The translations under genes were made by a program, and so were the position numbers. DNA of 64,000 bases from assembly GCA_044867425.1 (NCBI GenBank), contig JBIOUX010000220.1, positions 4,942 to 68,941 of the forward strand. Direction: 5' to 3'. Position 1 is the stretch's first letter. Every line of letters starts with the position of its first letter. This DNA comes from Acidimicrobiia bacterium. GTDB taxonomy: Bacteria; Actinomycetota; Acidimicrobiia; IMCC26256; BP-133. Shown piece after piece: positions 57,130 to 64,000 of this stretch. Under the pieces are notes generated by a model that worked only from the letters and a program-made list of their open reading frames with translations, ran no database searches and was not told the DNA's origin.

Positions 57130-60034
57130 GCGCCGGCGTGGCGACGATGTCGCCGCGGTGATCGAGGAAGTACTGCAGGGCGTGACGGGCCACCGGACCC
57201 GACGTCTGGGACCCTGACCCGCCGCCCCGCACGAACGAGACGACGACCACGGCCGGGTCCTCGGCCGGCGAGGCGGCGATGATCCAGGCGTCGGTGTCGC
57301 CGTTGGGGCTGGCCGGGTCCTGCGCCGTCCCCGTCTTGGCCATGGCCGAGGCCGGCAGCCCAGCCAGAATGCGCGCCGTCCCACCCACCACGGCCTGGCG
57401 CATCCCCTGGCGAATGGGTTCGAGCACGGAGGCGAAGGGGACGGGAGCAGGCGCCGGCGTGGGGACGGGATTGGCGTTCCCGTGGGCGTCGGCGAAGCTG
57501 AGCCCGAGCCGGGGCGTGACGAGCTGGCCGGTGGCGATGGCTCCCATCCAGCGGGCCGTCTGCAGCGGCGTGGCCGTGACGTTCCCCTGGCCGATCCCGA
57601 GCACCACGCTCGCCGCTGGATACCACGGCCGCCCTGCCTGGCGGGCAGCTTCCGGGGTGCCGAGGTAGCCGGCGCTCTCACCGCCCAAATCCACTCCCGT
57701 ACGCTGGCCGACGCCCAGGGCGGTCCCGATCTCGTGGATGCGCTCGGGGCCGAGCATCTGCGCCAGCTTGTAGAAGTAGACGTCGTTGGACCAGGCCAGG
57801 GCCCCGACGAGGTTCTGGGGACCCATCGCCTTCCAGTTCCCGAAGGTGTGACCGGCGGCGGTGAAGCTGGCGCCGGTGGGGATGACCGTCTCGGGGGGCA
57901 GGGCGACGGGGCCGGCCAGGTTGGCGGCGGCCACCACGGCCTTGAACGTGGATCCCGGCGGCGCCGCGACCTGGGTGACGTGCTCCAGGGTCGGATGTCC
58001 GGGTGCGGACGTGGCCTGGCGCAGCGCGGCCTCGTCCACCGGCGGGCCGTAGATGTTGTTGTCATGGGCGGGGAGGCTGGCCATGGCCAGCACCTGGCCG
58101 GTCTTGGGGTCCATGGCCACGGCGGCGGCCAGGTCGCCCCCCGACTTGCCCAGGGCGCCGGCCAGGGCGTCGTTCAGCTGTTGCTGGAGGCCGAGGTCGA
58201 CGGCGAGCCGCAGGTCAAGGCCGGGGACCGGGTCACGGTGGCGGCCCACGGCCACGGGCCGGCCCGGCGGGTCCACCAGGAAGCACTGCTCCCCCGGCAC
58301 CCCGCGCAGGACGGCGTCGTAGCGCTGCTCGATCCCGGCCCGCCCCACGCGCTCCCCGGAAGGCAGGCCGGGCCAGCGTTCGTGGTCCTCGGCGGTGTCG
58401 ACACCGACGAACCCGAGGAAGGGGCCGAGCAGGGGGCCGTGAGGGTAGGTCCGCTTGGCGGAGGGCAGGAGCACGACCCCGGGGAGGGCGGCGGCGGCCA
58501 CCCGCTCGGCCGTGGGTGCGTCGACGTCGGCCAGCTTGACCGCCATCTGCCTGGCGCCCTTCAGCGTCTTGCGCAACTCCCCCGGGGGGCGGCCCAACAG
58601 GCCGGCCAGCCGGCCCATCTCGGCCGGATGGCGCCGCAGGACGTGGGGGGCGGCGGCGACCTGGGTGCCGATGATGTTGGCCACGACGGGCGTGCCGTGG
58701 CGGTCGGTGATGATGCCGCGGGGCGCCGGGATGCGCAGGCAGCGGGTCATCTGGCTCTGGCCGGCCTGGCGCAGCGACTCCCCCCGGGCCGTCTGGAGGT
58801 GGCGTCCGTAGACGGCGCAGGCGACGAGCACGCCGGACAGGACCAGGGCGACGCGCTGCAGGCCCCGGGGATAGAAGGTGGCCTGCACCCAGCGGGGGGG
58901 CGCCCACAGCCGGCGCTTGGCCCCGTCCCGGCGGGCGCCGAGCACGACTCCGAAGCCGGCCAGGTAGGCGATGGCGGCCGTCCCGCCGTAGCTGAGCAGG
59001 GGGAAGGGGATTCCGGCGATGGGCAGCAGGCCGAGGTTGCCGGCCACGGAGATGACGACCTGGATGCCGAGCAGGGCGGCCAGTCCGGCGCCCACCAACA
59101 TGCCCAGCCGGGTGCGGGAGGACCGGCTGGCCAGCGCCATCCGCCACACCAGCAGGAGGGTGACGAGCGTGGCGGCGATGCCTGCCACCAGCCCGAACTG
59201 CTGGGTCAGGCTGGCGAAGGCCAGGTCGCTGTGGTTCTCGGGCAGGTACTGGGCCGCCAGATGGTCAGCCGGATCCCCGAAGCGGCCCGTCAGCCCACCC
59301 GAGGCCAGGGCGATGTGGGCCTGCTGGAGCGTGTAGCTGGCGCCGTCGTCGCCCGTCCCGCTGAAGAACCCCTGGAGCCGCTCCAGCTGGTAGGAGTGGA
59401 GCAGGGGGATGGCGAGGGGCACAGCCAGGGCCACCGCCACCACCGGGGGCAGCAGGTAGCGCCAAGGGATGCGGCCGAAGAGGAGCATGGCGGCGGTGAG
59501 GGCGATCAACAGCAGGGCCGTGCTGAGGTCGGGCTGGACGACGGTGAGCCCGATGGGCACCGCCGCCACCCCCAGGGCCTTGAGCAGCCGCCGCAGCGGC
59601 GGGTCGTCCGAGGCGAGGATATGGGCCAACACCAGGAGCAGGCCGAGCTTGGCGAACTCGGACGGTTGCAGGCTGAAGCCCCCGAAGCCCACCCAGCGCC
59701 GAGCACCCTTGGCCTCCACCCCTCCCACGAGCACCACGAACAGCAGGAAGATGGACAGCCCGTAGCAGGCCCAGCCGAGCATGGCGAGGCGCTCCGCCCG
59801 CGCCTGGCGGACCCGGCGCAGCATCAGGAGGAGTACGAGGCCGGGGGCGACCACGGCCAGCTGACGGGCGGCGACCGCCCACCCGCCGACGGCGTAGAGG
59901 TTGAGCGCCCCCAGCGCCACCAGGGCGACGGCGCCGAGCAGGGCGGCGGTGTCGAACACGTGGCCGACGACGTCCCGGAGCCGGGGCGACGGCGGGGCGC
60001 TCGGCCGGGGCCCTCCCTTCTCGATTCCCAGCAT
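57122..60034 (-). CDS. fused SEDS glycosyltransferase (RodA/FtsW family) and class B penicillin-binding protein (PBP2-like transpeptidase)
   Basis: A single 970-aa ORF. SEDS motifs SLQPSEFAKL, PENHSDLAFASL and PFPLLSYGGTA are followed by a retained TM anchor, PRGIITDRHG, STFK, SND and KTG. Confidence 0.8.
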   Translation of the reverse strand: MLGIEKGGPRPSAPPSPRLRDVVGHVFDTAALLGAVALVALGALNLYAVGGWAVAARQLAVVAPGLVLLLMLRRVRQARAERLAMLGWACYGLSIFLLFVVLVGGVEAKGARRWVGFGGFSLQPSEFAKLGLLLVLAHILASDDPPLRRLLKALGVAAVPIGLTVVQPDLSTALLLIALTAAMLLFGRIPWRYLLPPVVAVALAVPLAIPLLHSYQLERLQGFFSGTGDDGASYTLQQAHIALASGGLTGRFGDPADHLAAQYLPENHSDLAFASLTQQFGLVAGIAATLVTLLLVWRMALASRSSRTRLGMLVGAGLAALLGIQVVISVAGNLGLLPIAGIPFPLLSYGGTAAIAYLAGFGVVLGARRDGAKRRLWAPPRWVQATFYPRGLQRVALVLSGVLVACAVYGRHLQTARGESLRQAGQSQMTRCLRIPAPRGIITDRHGTPVVANIIGTQVAAAPHVLRRHPAEMGRLAGLLGRPPGELRKTLKGARQMAVKLADVDAPTAERVAAAALPGVVLLPSAKRTYPHGPLLGPFLGFVGVDTAEDHERWPGLPSGERVGRAGIEQRYDAVLRGVPGEQCFLVDPPGRPVAVGRHRDPVPGLDLRLAVDLGLQQQLNDALAGALGKSGGDLAAAVAMDPKTGQVLAMASLPAHDNNIYGPPVDEAALRQATSAPGHPTLEHVTQVAAPPGSTFKAVVAAANLAGPVALPPETVIPTGASFTAAGHTFGNWKAMGPQNLVGALAWSNDVYFYKLAQMLGPERIHEIGTALGVGQRTGVDLGGESAGYLGTPEAARQAGRPWYPAASVVLGIGQGNVTATPLQTARWMGAIATGQLVTPRLGLSFADAHGNANPVPTPAPAPVPFASVLEPIRQGMRQAVVGGTARILAGLPASAMAKTGTAQDPASPNGDTDAWIIAASPAEDPAVVVVSFVRGGGSGSQTSGPVARHALQYFLDHRGDIVATPAPN

Positions 60035-60047
60035 GGTCCCGCCCCCC

Positions 60048-60542
60048 TCAGCAGCGGTCGCCGGCGCCGGGTGGCTGCATGGCCCGGCCGGCGGCGCGCG
60101 CCGGTTGGGTCACGACGGGGATGACGGCCAGCGCCTGCCCGGGGGGCAGGTTGAGGGGCAGCGTCTGCACCAGGCGGTCCTGGCCGGGTGGGACGGAGGC
60201 GGTCCCACCCGCCTGGCGCTGCCGGGTGGTCCCGCAGCGGTCGACGACCTCGAGGTGCCAGGTGACCGGCACCGGCTGGCGCGCCGGGCTGAGGCCCACC
60301 TGCAGAAGGACCGTGCACGCCTGCCCCGCCCGGCACGTGTCGAGGGGCCGGAGTTCGACCTGGGTGATGGCTCCCGCCGCCGGAGGGGCGACGACCGGCA
60401 ACGGCGCCGGCCGGCGAGGCTCCGCCGCCCGGGCGGCCGACTGGTGAGTGAGCAGCACCTGGACGTTGTGCCTGACCTCGTCGCCGAAGAGCAGGAGCTC
60501 CAGCCCCAGCACCGCGGCGAGGACGCCCACGACCGCCGCCAC
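60048..60542 (-). CDS. N-terminally anchored hypothetical protein upstream of the SEDS-PBP gene
   Basis: TM segment AAVVGVLAAVLGLELLLF, then a beta-rich and Pro-rich ectodomain. Its stop lies 13 nt before the fusion gene start. Confidence 0.5.
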   Translation of the reverse strand: MAAVVGVLAAVLGLELLLFGDEVRHNVQVLLTHQSAARAAEPRRPAPLPVVAPPAAGAITQVELRPLDTCRAGQACTVLLQVGLSPARQPVPVTWHLEVVDRCGTTRQRQAGGTASVPPGQDRLVQTLPLNLPPGQALAVIPVVTQPARAAGRAMQPPGAGDRC

Positions 60543-60672
60543 CCTCCCAATCCTGGACAGGCGTCGTTGTTCGATAGTTGTTGGTTACCCGCCCCAGGAA
60601 AGGCGAGAACCTCGTGTGGCGGCCGCTACCGCTTCCGGCGGCGGAGCGTGGCCGGCGCCGCGGGGTTCAGGA

Positions 60673-61317
60673 TCATGCGAAGACGGGCCGCAGGGCCAGT
60701 ACCCGGTCGGCGTAGGCCTCCGCCTCGGCGTAGGGGCCGTTCCGGAGCAGCGCCGTCAGGCCCTGGTTGTAGGCGATGAGGGCCTGGCGGAGATCGCCCG
60801 ACGTCCGGTTGAGCAGATGCTGCATGAACCGGGCCGCCATCCGGGCGTTGGCCACAGGATCGAAGGGGTCAAGCTTGTGGTCGAGCTTCAGGAGCCGGTG
60901 GGAGATGAAGTCGACGGTGGCCGGGGTGAGCTGCAACACCCCGACGGCCTGGGCATAGGAGACGGCATTCACCCGCCAGCTCGACTCCGCCCACGCCTGG
61001 GCGAGGACGAGATCGGCGGGGAGCCCGTACTCGTGGGCGACCTGGGTGAGGATGGGCCGGAGCGCCATCCGTTCGGCGGGGATGGGCCAGCCGTCGACGT
61101 GGAGCGGGGCCGGCGCCGCCGGGGCGGGCGCGACGGCCGCGGCTTCGGGCGGGACGGGTGCGGCGGCCGCTTCCGCCGGGGCGGGCGCGGCCGGCGCCGC
61201 TTCGGCCGCCGCCGGCCTGGTCTCCAGGCTCGGCGCCGCCGCCATTCCGGCCCTGAGCGTCATCAGGAAGAGCACAATGACGGTTGTTCGGCGCGGTATG
61301 AGCACGCGTCGATGCAT
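60673..61317 (-). CDS. lytic transglycosylase (SLT domain) with an Ala/Pro-rich linker
   Basis: Signal/anchor segment TTVIVLFLMTLRAGMAAA, AP-rich linker and the catalytic region LVLAQAWAESSWRVNAVSYAQAVGVLQL. Confidence 0.8.
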   Translation of the reverse strand: MHRRVLIPRRTTVIVLFLMTLRAGMAAAPSLETRPAAAEAAPAAPAPAEAAAAPVPPEAAAVAPAPAAPAPLHVDGWPIPAERMALRPILTQVAHEYGLPADLVLAQAWAESSWRVNAVSYAQAVGVLQLTPATVDFISHRLLKLDHKLDPFDPVANARMAARFMQHLLNRTSGDLRQALIAYNQGLTALLRNGPYAEAEAYADRVLALRPVFA

Positions 61318-61500
61318 AAAAAGAGTCCCTCCTGGGTACTACCCCCACCTGCAAGGTGCCCGCGTGGGGTAGCCGAATTTCTCGCGTCTGCTGCGACACT
61401 GTGACGGCTACGCGCAAGTCGCGCAAGAGGTTTCGGGCTAACCGCGTCTCCTCTTGAGACAAAACTTTGGGTCGCGGCTATTGCAGGAAAATCCTGGAAT
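61318..61500 (-). promoter_or_regulatory. AT-richer, hairpin-containing 5' leader/promoter region of the SLT gene
   Basis: On the minus strand a GGCTACCCCAC...GTGGGGGTAGT stem sits immediately before the SD CAGGAGGG. The repeat AGACGCG occurs twice. CTGGAAT/ATTCCAG inverted repeats lie at 61494-61519. Confidence 0.4.
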
Positions 61501-61663
61501 CCCCTTTACGTTATTCCAGAATCAGGTATTCGGCCATTCCACAAATAACCAATGGCCCCGCCACCAGCACCTTTGCCTCCCCGGCGCCCCGAAGCGCGCT
61601 CGCATGGCAGATCCTGGGAGGGAGAACGGCGTCCGTAACGGGAGCCGTGCCCGGAAGGACTGA

Positions 61664-62326
61664 GTGGCGATGCGCTGGTACGAATTGGCACCCGAAGCTG
61701 TGCTCGGGGTGGGGCTCCTGGTCTTCCTCGTCGACGAGACGGACGCCGCCACCAGTGCGTTCAAGAGCGGCCGGGCCGTCGCCCTCATGGCCGGGGCCGC
61801 GATCGGATGGCTGGTTGTCCGGGTCGTCCTCGCCCGGGTGCTGCGCCGGCCGGCGGCCCGGGCCGCCGTGCTCCTGCCGGCGAGCCTCGCCATCCTGGCC
61901 GTCGTCGTCCTTCCCGCCTACCACGATGAGCGGGTGGTCGAGACGCTGAAGGCCGCCGCCGGGCCCGGCGTGCCGGCCACAACTCCGGCGCCGGCAGAAC
62001 CGGTCCGCCTCCGGAGCGGTTCGTTCCGGGGCATCGACCACCGGGCGGCGGGCATGGTCAACATCTACCGCCATCCCGACGGCCGCCACGTCGTCGGACT
62101 GGAGGACTTCGACATCCAGCCGGGACCCGACTACGACCTCTACCTGGTCCCCGGTCCCCACCGTACCGACCGCAGTGGCGGTGTGCGGCTCGACGACCTC
62201 CGAGGCAACCAGGGCACGCAGTTCTACGACACACCCACCGACCTCGAACTCGGCGACGGTCCGTGGACGGTGCTGGTGTGGTGCCAGACCTTCGGCGTGC
62301 CCGTCGCCCACGCCACCCCGGCCTGA
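61664..62326 (+). CDS. DM13 domain-containing membrane protein
   Basis: N-terminal TM segments, then FRGIDHRAAGMVNIYRHPDGRHVVGLEDFDIQPGPDYDLYLVPG. Confidence 0.7.
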   Translation: MAMRWYELAPEAVLGVGLLVFLVDETDAATSAFKSGRAVALMAGAAIGWLVVRVVLARVLRRPAARAAVLLPASLAILAVVVLPAYHDERVVETLKAAAGPGVPATTPAPAEPVRLRSGSFRGIDHRAAGMVNIYRHPDGRHVVGLEDFDIQPGPDYDLYLVPGPHRTDRSGGVRLDDLRGNQGTQFYDTPTDLELGDGPWTVLVWCQTFGVPVAHATPA

Positions 62327-62329
62327 CGC

Positions 62330-62845
62330 CTAGTTGACCAGGGTTTCCGGCACGGGAAGGTCGAGGACGGCGAGCAGTTCCGCCAGCCGGCGGTCGAGCT
62401 GTCGGCCGGTGGCGGCGATGTCAGGCTGCTCGAAGCTGGCGAAGCGCGTGCTCGGCTGATCGATGGCGAAGTGGGTCCCGCCATCGCGGTCCTCGTAGAG
62501 GACGGTCCGCAGCGGGGCGTAGAGCATCACTCCGGGATCGTGGCGGAACATCGTCTCGGCCACCGTGTGGTTGCCCATCAGGTAGGTGACGCAGCGCGAG
62601 GTGTGTCCGGCGAGGCTCATCACCGGCCCCACATCGACCGTCCCGTAGCGGAGAAAGCCGTTGGGGGCGAGCTCCGGCGTCCGCTCCAGGACGGCCTCCC
62701 AGGTCCCGAACTCGCCGAGACACGCCGGGTTGAACGCCGGCACCGCCTCCTCGTAGCGGGCTCGGAACTCGTCGAAGGGGACGTCGACGTCGAACACGAG
62801 CCTGGTGACCGAATGGGACGCGGCGGAGAACCCTTTGTCGGACAT
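62330..62845 (-). CDS. DUF302 domain protein
   Basis: ORF trimmed to MSDKGFSAASH. Contains YLMGNHTVAETMFRHDPGVMLYAPLRTVLYEDRDGGTHF. Confidence 0.65.
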   Translation of the reverse strand: MSDKGFSAASHSVTRLVFDVDVPFDEFRARYEEAVPAFNPACLGEFGTWEAVLERTPELAPNGFLRYGTVDVGPVMSLAGHTSRCVTYLMGNHTVAETMFRHDPGVMLYAPLRTVLYEDRDGGTHFAIDQPSTRFASFEQPDIAATGRQLDRRLAELLAVLDLPVPETLVN

Positions 62846-62879
62846 GGCAACTCCCCTGAAGCAGCGCGCTCCGGCCGCC

Positions 62880-63544
62880 TCAGCGTAGGACGATGGGGTC
62901 CCCGGCGCGCACCGTGCCCGGCGACTCGACGACGGCGTAGACGCCAGCACAGGGATGCCGATCGCCGCCGCCGATGTCGAGGCGGTTGTGCCGGGTGAGC
63001 GTCCGCAGGATGTGGGCGTCCTTGGGCAGGTCCTCCTGGGCCAGTGTCGTCATCACGCAGCGGGCGTCAGGCACGGCCACATGGAGGCGGACGTCATCGC
63101 CGGCAGCGAGGCCCCGGCCCACCCAGCCGTTCTCGACGAATCCGGTGCCGTCGGTGTCGACGATGATGTTCATCCGGAAGCGCCGCTCATCGAATTGGCT
63201 CCCGGGACGCAGCTTGTTCAGCGTGTCGAGCGTCGACGTGGTCAGCAACGTGACGGGAAACGCGTCGAAGAACGCACCGACGACGGAAGAAGACAGTCCC
63301 AGGTGGACGTCGCGTCCGAACCAGCGGGACAGCGTGGCGTCGCAGCCGGCTGCGTCGCTGGTCACCGATGTCCCGTCGGCCCGCGTGATCCGCACCGGCG
63401 GCAGCGTCGATGAAGGCGTAGGCCCGGTCGCCCACGAACCCGGAGGCGGTCAGCTCCAAGGGACGCGACCTGCTCTCCCAGCATCGACTTCACGGGGAAA
63501 CGCCAGAGCGCCGCCGTACACCCGACCGTGTCGCTCGAGGTCAT
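62880..63544 (-). pseudogene. MOSC domain gene disrupted by two frameshifts (and probably a deletion) near its 5' end
   Basis: Three frames each carry part of the protein. MTSSDTVGCTAALWRFPVKSMLGEQV occupies 63544 to about 63461. LELTASGFVGDRAYAFIDAAAG occupies 63459 to about 63394. RITRADGTSV through to PGTVRAGDPIVLR occupies 63395 to 62880. Confidence 0.7.
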
Positions 63545-63660
63545 GGGTTCCCCCCCCGTTCCCCGGCCCGTCCACGGGATTTTGCCGCACCGATGAGTTC
63601 CGGGATGGCGGATCGTCCAAGCTGGCGACCACGTTCACACTTCGTGAAGGAGCCACAGAA

Positions 63661-64000
63661 ATGCCCAAGCGTGACTCGGCGCCGCTCGGCGCCCCCTGTT
63701 GGGTCGACCTGTTCACCACTGATCCCGAACAGAGCAAGGCGTTCTACGGCCGGCTGCTGGGCTGGACCGCCGAAGACGCCGGCCCCGAGTACGGCGGTTA
63801 CATCAACTTCTCCAAGGACGGGGTGCCCGTCGCCGGGGGCATGCGCAACGACGGCACCCAGGGCGTCCCGGACCACTGGAACGTCTACCTGGCCACCGCC
63901 GACGCCAAGGCCACCGTCGACGCCGCCGCGGCCAACGGCGGCACCGTGATCGTCCCGGCCATGGACGTCCCGGGCGACATCGGCACCATGGCCGTCGTGA
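63661..64000 (+). CDS. VOC/glyoxalase-like protein (3' end runs off the window)
   Basis: GAAGGAG lies before the ATG. Sequence begins MPKRDSAPLGAPCWVDLFTTDPEQSKAFYGRLLGWTAE and continues with DHWNVYLATAD. It is open to the window end. Confidence 0.7.
   Translation, partial: MPKRDSAPLGAPCWVDLFTTDPEQSKAFYGRLLGWTAEDAGPEYGGYINFSKDGVPVAGGMRNDGTQGVPDHWNVYLATADAKATVDAAAANGGTVIVPAMDVPGDIGTMAVV

Noticed and set aside
57482-60124. 880-aa ORF antisense to the SEDS-PBP gene.
   Set aside because: This is the same artefact: a Gly/Arg/Pro/Ala/Glu-rich sequence with no TM or enzyme motifs. The opposite strand has unmistakable SEDS and transpeptidase motifs.
61318-61500. A definite call of a ydaO/c-di-AMP riboswitch upstream of the SLT gene.
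   Set aside because: Only fragmentary resemblance to the consensus as remembered, and the element order did not fit. It is kept only as a low-confidence candidate leader that needs cmsearch.

Overview
This is a very GC-rich, gene-dense chromosomal window of about 64 kb. It looks actinobacterial and possibly Acidimicrobiia-like, but that rests only on codon style, frequent GTG/TTG starts and gene content. I support about 60 protein genes and found no rRNA, tRNA, CRISPR array or transposase by eye. Content is mixed housekeeping and accessory. It includes two MacB/FtsX-type ABC systems (one in a PadR operon), an LPXTG surface protein, a csp gene with a long leader, ferritin-like and thioredoxin genes, psuG and a HerA-like DUF853 ATPase. 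It also has an SNF2 helicase with a translationally coupled small protein, a DUF222-HNH endonuclease, a class III adenylate cyclase-STAND-TPR protein, a menaquinone-tailoring-like trio, a GGDEF-EAL gene and an acoXABC acetoin-type operon beside an AceE-like E1. Two ECF-type sigma factors are present, one translationally coupled to ogt and a 2OG oxygenase. A cell-wall elongation cluster holds mreB, an SLT transglycosylase and a RodA (SEDS)-PBP2 fusion.

Most noteworthy observations:
- RodA and PBP2 are encoded as one 970-aa ORF.
- A GTTAAC-centred palindromic mini-repeat has an exact 23-nt match at two loci. One copy sits in frame inside acoX.
- A 44-aa peptide gene with two Cys-Cys pairs looks genuinely coding.
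- A membrane-anchored protein is built from degenerate LP(V/L)VGxLL repeats.
- Three genes are disrupted by indels (a methyltransferase, the EAL domain and a MOSC gene).
- Convergent genes repeatedly overlap at their 3' ends.

Most ORFs in the six-frame track are GC-driven artefacts, including antisense ORFs of up to 990 aa. I rejected them on Arg/Pro/Gly/Ala-dominated composition. All family calls come from motif recognition by eye. No searches were run, and start codons are often uncertain.
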